A stretch of DNA of 64,000 bases from Stegostoma tigrinum (taxonomy: Eukaryota): contig NC_081383.1 of the NCBI RefSeq assembly GCF_030684315.1, forward strand, positions 26,705,942-26,769,941, given 5' to 3'. A model generated the notes under the pieces. The model made no database searches and was not told where the DNA came from. It worked only from the letters and a program-made list of their open reading frames with translations. Each line of letters starts with the position of its first letter. Within the stretch, counting starts at the first letter, position 1. Shown in pieces: positions 36,803 through 47,883 of the stretch. The position numbers and the translations under genes are program-made.

Positions 36803-39125
36803 AAACTAACCTTTACAGCTCAGCGAGCAAACTCACATCCATATTCTTACCCATAGTTACCAGACAAATTTTTCACATATGTACCCAATACAGAAACATC
36901 ACCTTAAAAAACAGGCATCCATTCAGTTTATTGTAAGGCACCATTTTATTAAGGTTTCAATGAGTTTACATCCATTTGCCAAAAAAACTTCGGAACTGGA
37001 ACCATAATCCTAGTGTCTAACCTCCCTCTTACTATCTATCTCAACTGCACATTATCTTCATTCCTCATCTATCTGGTTATTTTCTTCATCCATGCCCAAC
37101 ACCACGCCCATACATTTGAATGTGATACTGTTCAGTACATTTGACACTGTCTGTCTATTTGGAGAGTTGTGCACAGATTCTCCCAAGATTCTAACTCCAT
37201 AGAATCAGAGATTTAATGTGGTTTATGTACTCTCATTCACAGCCAGCAAGCTGTTTGTCATGCAAGACACACTGGACTGAGGCTAAAAGAAGTCTTATTA
37301 GGCTTATGCAATGTAAACTTGCAAGCAGATTAGTTCAGAAACGATAAGACTTGTATGCTGTTTTAAAGTAGAACTTGATAGTTATAGGAATGCACTGTAT
37401 GTAATTTTTTAAAAAAAAAAAAATTCTAATGCTCTAAACTCAACCATGCAATTGATCCTACTGTTAGGTTAACTTTGTCCAAACAAAAGCTCTAGTAGAA
37501 GACAACTTCACAAGTTTTTACTCCCTGTGAGACTTGTCATAATTGCTGGGCTCGTATGTTTTTCACTCACTTTCAGCAATTTTATTTTTTCCATGAGTAT
37601 TAGTGTCAGTGCAGGTTCTGTGATTACACTTCATGCTCCACATTCTGCTGCAATTCAACCATTCTCATTAATGACTGACTTTTGGTGATCGCAATAAATT
37701 AATAAACTTAGAAAGCATTTCTATCCCATTCAGTGCAGACATTGAGAACAGGATCAGGATTGCCAAAATTGCTTCTTGCACTCACAGCAGTACTAAACTT
37801 TTTTTCAGCTAAGACCAAACAAAAGGAATCAATCAGTTGTACCACAATTAATTTCTGTGCTGCTAAGATAGGTAGGGAAATCATTCTGTACATGTGCTAT
37901 TACCAATGTCTGGCATTTTCTCCTGCAAAGTATGCATGCAGATGTGAGACAAGAACAGAAGTGACCTTGGCCAGAAGGTTCTCTGTAATTCAATGGCCCA
38001 AATTATCACTATGTCACAAGAAACTAGATACCAAAGTGAGCTCCTGGTGGGTAACTGGCCCCCACAGGAAATTCTAACCCAACCTCAGTGAAAGGCAACA
38101 TTCTCATGAGTGGAAAGGTGTTAATTAAAAAGAAAATACCATTGAAATGTTTGTACCTTCTCATTAAGTCACCTGAACTTCTGCATCCCGCACAAGTTGC
38201 AAATCCACACTGAAATCCAAAATCTGATAGTTTTGTTATATAGATGGACTTTTCTTTTGAAGATATGAGATGCAACAATTAAACATCACTCTAAACACAG
38301 TCATTTCAGGGTTTATTGAGAGTCAAAAAATAAACCACACAAGGCCAAAAACACCTTCAATTTTATTGATTCAGGCAATCTTACAAAAAAAGACATACAG
38401 CTCAGTTCAAGAAATACAAGGGGCTGTTTCTTTGTAGATATAAGCTGGTATCAGGAGCAACAGGTTCCCTTCAAAGGAATGTGATCACTTTTAACACGAT
38501 GCAGAGTTCTTTAACACTCAAAGCACAAACTTCATCTTGGCTTAGTTGACAGGGAAAGGCAATGATTCAGATGAATACTTTAAAGGAAGACAGAGGAATC
38601 TAGTGGGGGAAAAAAGAGAATCAATATCTAAATCATTTTAAGACGAAGGTCAAACATAGCAGTTTAGATGCCAGTCAGATCCCAGCTGTAAAAGATATAT
38701 CTGGGTCAGATAAGGAAGTTATGTAAATGTTTAAAACTACATCAGAAAAAGAAAATTTCAATTAGACTGAAAACTCTAGGGGGGAAAAAAAAAGGTATTT
38801 TATAAGCCTACCCTTGCCTAATGTCATCACACAAGCATCTTCCCACAGGAAGTTACTTATTACAACAATAATTTGCATTTATAAAGCACATTTAACATAG
38901 TAAAATCTCCCAAAGGACACATGATCGAAAGCAGACAAAAAAACCAGACAAACACAAAGCCAAAGGAGGACTGAAGACCTAAAGTCTGGTCAATGGTAAG
39001 AAAATTAATTAACACAGAACATTGCAACACAGGAACAGGCCATTTGGCCCACTATGTCTGTGCTGACCATCAAGCCATGCTAAGCTACTACCATCAGCCT
39101 GCGTATGGTCCATATCCCCCTACTC

Positions 39126-39214
39126 TCTGATGAAGGGTCTAGGCCCGAAACGTCAGCTTTTGTGCTCCTGAGACGCTGCTTGGCCTGCTGTGTTCATCCA
39201 ACTTCACACTTTAT
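39126..39214 (+). mobile_element. 89-bp PLE-derived element (family B) beginning at a hammerhead core
   Basis: CTGATGA-A-GGGT-ctag-GCCC-GAAA-C-GTC at 39127-39154; 13-bp TSD with one mismatch, TATCCC(C/T)CTACTC, at 39113-39125 and 39215-39227. Confidence 0.82.
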
Positions 39215-39369
39215 TATCCCTCTACTCCCTTTCTGTTCATGTGTCTGTCTAAATGCTGCCTAAACTTTGCTAATACATCTGCTTTTACATCGTCCCATGG
39301 CAGTGTGTTCCAGGGACCTACCATCCTCTGTGTAAAAAATACTTGCCTTGCACATCTTAAAATTTTCCT

Positions 39370-40290
39370 CTAAAGGAAGAGAGAGACATTTGGTGAGAAA
39401 GCGATAAGTCCAGAGACTGGATGGTTGAAGACACAACCCTCAATGGTGGACTGCATGAATTTGAAGATGCACGCTAAAGGTCGGAATTGAAGGAAAGCAA
39501 ATTGCTCAGAGGTTTGTAGGTTTAGAGGAAGTTACATAGAAAAGCTGAGGCAATGAAGAAATTTGAACATGAGGATGAGAATTTTCAAATCATGGACTTG
39601 CACTGCCATTTAGAGAGCACTTGGTGCAAGTTAGGTTATGAGCATCAGGGTTTTGGATAAGCTCACATTTATGAGGGACTTGAGGATTGGAATAATCGAT
39701 TTTGGAGTTACCAAAATTTAACAAAATTATTGATGGGTCCAACAGCAGATAGGCAGAGTGGGATCATCTTACAGAGTGGAAGAAGGTGATATTAGTAATG
39801 CAGAGGTTATGAGATTGGAAACTTATCTCAGTGTTAGTTAGGATATAAAAGCTACAAGTAGCTTCAAACATTGTCAGGGAAGGAGAAGGAAGAGGAAATG
39901 GTTTGTGACAGGAGCCAAAGACCAATTGCTCTGATGTTGCCAATGCTTATCTACAGGAAATGTTGACTCTAGATAACAGTCAAGTAACCCCAGTACACAG
40001 AGATAATGGACAGATGAAGCAAGATAGTGGTGAGATGACCTGGGCGTAGACAGTGTAGATGTGGGGGCTGACATCGTGCTTTGGATGCAATCATTAAGTG
40101 GTAGTCTAGAGAGGAGAAAGGGGAGCCAAGGATCCATCCTTTGGTGTCTTCAGAGAGAATGGTGAAGGGGCACAAAGGGATATATTGATGGAGACTGTCT
40201 GGCTAAGATTAGATAGATAAGGGTGCTACCAGAAAGGCATTGCCCCTCAGCTGGGGAATGGAGGTGAAGCGTTGGAGAAAGATGGTCACA
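39370..40290 (-). mobile_element. Degraded L2-like LINE fragment
   Basis: QGWILGSPF (QGSILGP-like) RT remnant and L2-type 3' sequence; related pieces at ~8600-8950, 19860-20300 and 44690-45340. Confidence 0.5.
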
Positions 40291-40499
40291 GTCAACCATT
40301 TTACAGAATCTTCGTAGGAATCAAGGAATCTGGCTGATTTCTTTCCTTTTCCTATTGTGACTATGCTGGGGCGAATTCTAATGGTCAGCTATGATAAGTT
40401 GCTTGCAGAGTTTAGGAGTGGAACCATATATTCCTTGTTTGTAGCCATCAATGAGCAAATACTCTGAGCCATCAGGGAATACAGAGATCACAAAGAAAC

Positions 40500-41258
40500 A
40501 AAGAGTTTCACTGTTGAGTTTGTGACAAGACAAATAAATATTTTTCTTTTACGTTACGTCGTCAGCTATGGCGCTGCAAAATATTAACCGTAATCACAAC
40601 AAACAGGAAGCAGGCAATGGATTTTGGAATTTGTCAGATAATTACAAGATGACTGCTGTACTGGTCCAAACAAAATAATTTTAAAATTATACTTTAATTT
40701 TTGGCTATAAGTCAAACCAGATAAATAAGTTCTACCTTATGAAATTGCTTAATACATGTAACTCATGCAAATCAAAATAAGGCATGTTACAAAACTAATT
40801 TTCTTTTAATTGCTGATAAATCTCTGCATCGTAAGTATAAAAGTCACAATTGACTCAGTAATAAGGAATACTGCTACAATGTACCATTGTATACAGACAC
40901 ATTAACTTATTTGATACTATACATATTTGAAATAGTACCAAAGCATCTAAATACTAACTTACGCTAGTAAATCGCATGTGCCATTAGCTGTAATCAATTA
41001 ATGAAATTTTCTTTCCAAATAAATAAATTACCAATAGAATTTTGAGATTCCAGCAATTCTTTATACAGTGCTACTTAGTGGTCATGACCTTCAACCTCAT
41101 TGTGATAGTTGACACAGTAAAATTGAATAGGAGAAGTTACTACAGAAATTTGGACTGATAAATGTTCTCACCAAAGCATGACCATAAATTAATGATGAAA
41201 CTAAGCTCTGTGGAAACAAAATGCATGTCCTAATTTAGATTACTATATAATGGTGGCA
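40500..41258 (-). other. Candidate terminal 3'UTR exon of the CDC42SE2-like gene (3' end uncertain)
   Basis: Acceptor CTGATGTTACTTCTGTTTCTAG at 41259 followed by unique AT-rich sequence; minus-strand AATAAA candidates lie further on at 38362-38367, 38312-38317 and 36945-36950. Confidence 0.4.
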
Positions 41259-41689
41259 CTAGAAACAGAAGTAACATCAGTGGGTCTGAAAATGTCACAG
41301 CAAAGAAATTTTAAAAATACTGTTTTGGAGCGCAAAATAAAATTAATAATGAACCAAACAAACTTACTATAAAAACAATTTTCAGGCCTATCTAAGTCCA
41401 TACTATTTGTGGAATTTGTTTCCATCCTCAAAAGCTCTTCCAATGCATTGGGTGATCGTGGTAATGAGCTAAATAGACCAGAAGAGGTTAGGTTTGTATT
41501 AAGTCTTTTTCAGTTGGGACTGCTTCCAGCAATCAGGGGAGGTGGAGTTCTTCAGGTTTTAAATTATATCTGCCATTGGGCTTTATTATGGATACACCTC
41601 CTGCGGCGTGAGAGTTAAACCTGAACTTCTGGTCTAGAGATTGGAATGCTACCTTATGTGACCCATGATCACCTAAATGTACATGAAAA

Positions 41690-42365
41690 GCGTAGCAAAG
41701 ATCTGGGAGCAGATGTACATAAATCATTGAAGGTTGTGGAACAAATTGGAAGAGTGGTTAAAGAATGCAGCATCCTAGGCTTTGTTAAGGGGAACAGAGT
41801 AGAAGAACAAGGAATTTACGTTATGCTTACATAAAACATTAGTTCAGCTTCAATCTGGTTCTGGGCACCATGCTTTAAGAAAGTTCTAAAGGTATTAGAG
41901 AGAGTGCAGAAAAAATTCTTAATAAATCAGAGATGAATTATTACAGCTACCTAGATGGGCTGGAGAAGTTGGGACTGTTTTCTTCAAAGAGATGATTGAG
42001 AGAAGATTTGATAGATATATTCAAAATCATGAGAAGATTGACCAGGGTAGTTGGGAAAAATCATTCCTGCCGGTGGTAGGATTCAGTTCAAGAGGAAACA
42101 GGGCTAAGGAAATTGGCAAAATAAGCAATGGAAAAATGAGGAGAAGCTTTTTTGTCTCGCATGTAAATAGCATTTGGAATGCATCGCCTAAGAATGTGAT
42201 GGAGGCAGGTTCAATCAAGGAAATTAAGGGAAGATTGGAATATTATCTGAAAAGGATGAATATGCAGGGCTATGGGGAGAAAAATCAAGAATGCCACTAG
42301 ATGCAGTGCTCATTCGGAAAGCAGGCACAGACATGATAGGCCAAATGGCCTCCTTCTATATTCAA
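41690..42365 (+). mobile_element. Degraded CR1 3' fragment
   Basis: KDLGADVHKSLKV, IWNASP..VMEAGS remnants. Confidence 0.75.
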
Positions 42366-42709
42366 TGAAGCTGTGGTTCAAAGATAAAACCAGACATAAT
42401 GGCCATGCCCTCCCCATGGTTTCATATTTTGCCATGACTCAAAGTGGAATGATGAAGATTGGACATGCAGGTGAGTAGCCTGATGAATTGTACCTTAACA
42501 AGAATCAGCACTTCCTGCAGTGAAGCAGAGAAAACAGAACAATTGCTCAAGTAGATGGTGATATTTCTCAAATGTGTTTACCCAAGTTCAGTAATTCAGC
42601 ACCAAATAATAATGATATTTATTACATGGTTTTATTTGAGTCTCTAATTAAGAATACAGATACTTACAAATGGATTTACCTGAGTTATGCAACAGTTAGA
42701 CGAATAACA

Positions 42710-42811
42710 CTATGATGCTGCTGTATCAATAAGTTGCATTGTTTGAATACTAATTGGCACTGTGTCACTGTAGCCACCCTTAGACTGCATTTGGCCATGT
42801 ACATCAATCAT
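42710..42811 (-). CDS. CDC42SE2: CDC42SE2-like third coding exon (MIDVHGQMQSKGGYSDTVPISIQTMQLIDTAAS*)
   Basis: T-tract-CTGACACAG acceptor, QMQSKGGY motif, TAG at 42710-42712, downstream donors at 42679 and 42667; protein 86 aa. Confidence 0.92.
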   Translation of the reverse strand: MIDVHGQMQSKGGYSDTVPISIQTMQLIDTAAS

Positions 42812-45795
42812 CTGTGTCAGAAAAAAAAACAGTAAGAGTATAGGAACTCTGGTTAATGTAACATTGCACTGTCAAAACTCACCATCTGTAGCTTTTATTC
42901 TAAATTGTTTTCTGAATACTGCACTCTTTCACTTTATCTTGTTCACAATTCAAGCTTTTTTTAAATACAAAGGATCAGGTCTAACTTCTGACTCGTTCAT
43001 TAAGTCAATTTGTTGACAGCTCATTTACCACTTTCCGCAGTAAAGGTTAGGCAGAAATGGAGATACCAGGTTTACTCTACATCCTATATCATATTTGAGG
43101 TACATTAATTGATCTTAGTACCTTCTGCTTGAGCATAACAAAATCTAAGATCATCCTCCAGTGACCCTTGCTGAACTATTTGATATCAGTTTAAGTGTGG
43201 GACGTTCTCTGAACTGGACAGACATACTAATTTTCTGAACTCACACATGAAGCCACTTAGATAGAACTGGAAGCATACCCCAACATGAGTCACTACCTTA
43301 AGGAGAGGAAGGGAAGAAGTCAAGGAGGAAGTCTTGTTTTAATTATAAATCTGGTGGTTTGCACTATCACAGCTAGGTGGAGCCATTACACTATTTCAGG
43401 ATCAGAAAGGAAGGTATTCAAGAATTCTCCCATGCATTGGTTGCATATTCCATGCCTGAAAATCTAGAGGTACAGTGTTAATTACAGAACCTTTCACTTG
43501 CTTTGGCATCTTTGACACATGAATTGTAAGTGCGAACAAAGCCTCAAAGTGGAGGGATTCTGTGTTTGTTGCTCTGCCTTCACAAACTCTCAGCTGTTCT
43601 TAATATTGCATGTCATGCTCTCCCTCTGGCCCCAACACTAAAAGCCATGCCTTCAACTGCCTTGGACCCACATTCTCAAATTACGAAGCCCCTGACACTT
43701 ACACTCTCCCTTTTGAAATATCCTTAAAGTACATCTCCTTGGTCAATCTTTAGATGACTTTTTTCCTAATAACTTCTTCTTTCAGTTTAGCTTTTAACTT
43801 TTCTTCACTCCCCTGTGAAGCCACTTGGGATGTTCTGCTACATGCAAATAGTGGTGCTTGGACCATTTGTATTCTAACAAGTGCTTACTATAGAGGGCAT
43901 AAATTGGTTTGTTGATAGGACTTTAAACTATCAAACAAGGAAGGTAAGGGTTCAACCAAATGTATTACTAAACTAAAGATAAGAAAAATTGAGACACGAG
44001 CAGAAGAACAGGATATAAAAAGAGATAAAAATCAGAGAATGGAAAAGGTCATGTGAAGTAATAAGTACATGATAAACATAAAACTGGTAATGAAAAATAA
44101 CCTCATTATATTTACTGCATAGCAGCATAACAGTGACAAGGGCAACTGCAGTCAATAATTAAAAGTGAATAAGTACTGTTGGTATAATAAGGATACTGGA
44201 AACAAAGCTGTAGACAGAACCAGCTTGCAAGTTAAATATTACAGACTTTCATGCATTTTGAAAGAGAATAAAGGAGTGGTTTGCTATACTAATCAAATAC
44301 AATGGCAGAAGCAAGACATGGCATAACTAAGAAAGAATCCAAATAGATTAAGACAAAAAGGAAGGAATCAGCCAAACTATTCAGGATACAATACAGAGCA
44401 CAGAATGGCACGAATTAACAGGAAAGTAAAATAGATAGGTATAAATGAAATGAACAGAACGAATTGAATCATAGGAGACTTCAACTGTCCACAAGTAAAC
44501 TGGCAAGGAGATGACAATCTGAAGGAAATCAGATTTTTACATTTTGTACAAGTTTCTGATGCACTTATAAAATTGGGACAAGTGAAGAAGCAAATGTGAA
44601 AGAACACATGGGGGGAAAAATCAAAACTGAACTCTTTGGGTAATGATCGAGAACAACGTAGACAGTGCTAAAAGTGAACTAATAGAAGAATATCTTATAT
44701 TTATGTAGCACTTTTAACATAATGATCCATCCCAAAGTGCTTCTCAACAGCATTATAATAAAAAGTTTGACATCAAGTCACATAACGAGATATTAGAGGC
44801 CGAGCGGTATAATTACAGGTGGCGAGGTATAGAAAGGAACTTCCAAGCAACAGAGTCCAGGCAAGTGAATGTGTAGCTACAAACAGTGATGTGATTACAA
44901 CTGGAAATTCTCAATAAACCATAACTAGATGAGTGCAGATATCTCAGATGGTTTTGGAACTGTGGATGTGCTAATTGAGATGATGCAAATGATTTGAAAA
45001 CAGATATGAGAATTTTAAAGCCAAAAAAATTGCTTGACTGGGAATCAATTGCAGTCACAGGATTGACTGGTGAATGACACTTGGAAGAAGTTAAGACACT
45101 GGCAGAGTTTTGGATGTATTCAAGTTTGTGGACAGTAGAATGTGGGAGAGCAGCCAAATGCGAACAGACTGATTTCATCTCAGGGGAGAGTAATGAAGTC
45201 ACCATTTTAATCAGAAATGAACTTCCAATTGCATATTCATGCCAGCAGTAAGCTCATATTTCCACCTCCAACAACATTGCTTGATTTGATGCTTTTCTCT
45301 GCTCATGTGTTATTGAAATCCTCATTCATGTCTTTACCTTCTAGGTGACTATTTCAATGCAGTCTCCCTCTATCTATCTGTGCAACCGAATCCAGCTCAA
45401 AGTACTCCAGAACACCTATAGGTGGATTTGGAACAGGAGTCAGAAACAATGCCTTTATTCTCCTCCATATTTAAATCAGAGGAAATTTCTGCTTATAATT
45501 TTAAAGTGAAAGGCAAGAGGTTTGGAGGGGATTTGAGGAAAAACATTTTCACCCAGAGGGTGGCAGGGATCTGGAATATACTTGAGAGAGTATTTGGCCC
45601 TGGAAACTTCAACCTTTAAAAAATTACTTGGATGAGCACTTGAAGTGTCATAACATTTAAGGCTATGGACCCAGTCTTACAGACAAGAAGGAATAGTCTG
45701 GGAAAATGTCAGACGTGTAAATATCAAAAAGGACAATTAAGACAAGGATATAACGACTAACGGCTGAGCAAGAATACCATATTAGAAACACTTAC

Positions 45796-45900
45796 AGAGC
45801 TCATTCGATCCCCGAACATATCTCCGGCCCCCATGTGTGATGTGTGAACAAAATTTGTCGGCTCTCCTATCATACTCCTGTCTATCCGCCTCCGTCTTTT
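45796..45900 (-). CDS. CDC42SE2: CDC42SE2-like second coding exon ([35 protein letters not shown]), CRIB motif
   Basis: TTTTGACAG acceptor, GTAAGT donor, 105 nt phase 0; basic patch plus [18 protein letters not shown] motif. Confidence 0.95.
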
Positions 45901-46139
45901 CTGTCAAAACAGATGTCAAGATCCGGAGTGAGGTCCAGCACTATTTTAATATATAGATGTGACACTGGTAAAACAATGAAGTTCCATAAATTACCATGAA
46001 TATTTAGGCCAATTAATGCAATCAAGCACAAAAAATGCTCTCATGATTTAAGATCTATCCTACCTAAATATGATTACTATAAAATCAGTCCAGTCTGTGT
46101 AGAAAATATTTTAAACATAATGAACTACTGGCTTTAGAA

Positions 46140-47560
46140 ATAGTAGAAGTGTTAGTAATCATTTTCCAAAATTCTGTATATTCTGGAATAGTTCCTACAG
46201 TTGGAAGGTAATAATGCAACCCCACTAGTTAAGTTAGAAGGGAGAGAGAAAATAGATCACTGCTGACCTGTTAGCCTGACATCAGTCATAGGGGAAATGT
46301 AGAATCTATGATAAAAGATGTGACAAACTTGACACTTGAAAAATAAAGGTATAACCATGCAGTATCAACATGGATATAAAGAAAGGAAAATCAGGCTCTA
46401 AAAACCTGTTCGTATTTTTGAGGACATAACTAGCAGAATAGAGAAGGGTAAACAATGGATGAAATATATTTGGATTTTCATTATGGTTCCACAAAGGTTA
46501 GTAAGCAAAATCATTCCACATGAAATTAGCAGGAATATGCTGGCATGGATTTGAGAACTGGTTAACGGACTTAGAACAGACATTAGGAACAAACAGTTCT
46601 TAACCACAGATCAGCAGATAGCAATGGTATGGTCCTACAGCAGTGTTCAGTGCTTGAGTCCAGCTATTCACAATCTATTTCAATAATTTAGATGTGGGAA
46701 CCAAGTTTGCTGATCACACAAAACCAGAAAGGAATGAGAGTTGTAAGGAGGATGCATAGAAGTTTCTGGGGATTTAGATTGGCTAAGCAAGTGGGCACGA
46801 AAACTGTGAACAAAATACAATGTCAAAAATGTGAAGTTATCCACTTTGGCAAGAGAAACAGAATATACAGTATTTCTCATATGAGTGTGTTTGGGAAGTG
46901 TCGATGTCCAAAAGAGACCTGGGTGCTCTTGTTCCTAAATACCTGAAAGCTAACACACAAACTGAAATGGTACGCTGGCCTTTATTGAAAGAAGATTTGA
47001 GTAAAGGAGTAAAGAAGTCATACTGTAATTGTATACAGCCTTGATGAGTCAGAATCTGAAATACTGTGCACAGTTTTGGTCATCTCGCCCAAGGAACAAT
47101 ACACCATATAAGGAGTGCAACAAAGGCTCACCGGATGTATCTCTGGGATGGCAATATTGTCTTTTAACGAGAGTATAAGGGGACTGAGCTCATATCCTCC
47201 AGAGTTTAGAATATGGAAAGTGATCTCATTGAAGCATACAAAATTCTTACAGGGCTCAACAGGGAATTTGCAGGATGGCTGTCTCCCCTGGCTGGAGAGG
47301 TCTAAAACCAGAGGCTTGAGTCTCAGAATAAGAGGTAGATGAAGAGGAATTTCTTTACTTAGAGGGTAGCGAATATTTGAAATTCTCTATGAAGGATGGC
47401 TGTGGAGGCTCAGTCTTAGAGTATATTTTTAGATATTAACAATATCACAGGCTATAGGAATAAGAAAATGGCATTGAGATAGAAGATCAATCATGACCTA
47501 GTCGGAATGTGAAGCAGGTTTAAAGGGCTAAATGAGTGACTTCTGCTCATATTTCTTATA
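46140..47560 (+). mobile_element. Degraded CR1 RT to 3' end
   Basis: KCEVIHFGKRN, LKYCAQFWS and other RT remnants with many stops. Confidence 0.75.
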
Positions 47561-47829
47561 TTCCCAAATAAGCATAACAGACATTATATGCATCATAGAT
47601 AGTTAGCGTTTTAATATCCCTCACCATATCCCTAAAAAAGACATAACTGTGAATACCAAAGAACATCCTAGATTACAAAGCCAAGAGTGTAAGTTCCATT
47701 CTAATTTCTGCCCCTTCTCTTTTGTGAGTATAGAATATCCTACTGAAATCAATTAACATGGCTCTATGCTATGATAAATTCAGTAAACAGTTCGTATATA
47801 GGATTCATTTATTTAAGAAATACACTTAC

Positions 47830-47883
47830 TGGCTGAGGTTGTTCTGCAATACAGCAGTTAAAACATAACCAGAATTCACTCAT
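47830..47883 (-). CDS. CDC42SE2: CDC42 small effector (CDC42SE2-like) first coding exon, MSEFWLCFNCCIAEQPQP (whole exon 47830-48095)
   Basis: ATG at 47883; N-terminus matches the CDC42SE2/SPEC2 N-terminus as I recall it, including the CC pair; acceptor TTTCTGCAG at 48096, donor GTAAGT. Confidence 0.93.

Larger units (their letters stand above)
35791..36840. mobile_element. Palindromic Penelope-like element (family A, GIY-YIG 3' fragment): ~497-bp inverted arms, 10-nt spacer, 16-bp TSD
   Basis: Arms 35836-36332 and 36343-36840 give mirrored ORFs (GQTGRKLATRIHEH..REFLEAWHS..SINKH); 45-nt unpaired tail 35791-35835; TSD ATATTCTTACCCATAG at 35775-35790 and 36841-36856. Confidence 0.93.

Noticed and set aside
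35836-36840. Palindrome read as a DNA transposon/MITE with long TIRs, or as an assembly fold-back
   Set aside because: The arms encode a PLE GIY-YIG fragment and hammerheads, one end has an asymmetric tail, the arms differ slightly, and a 16-bp TSD is present; a second copy has a different centre
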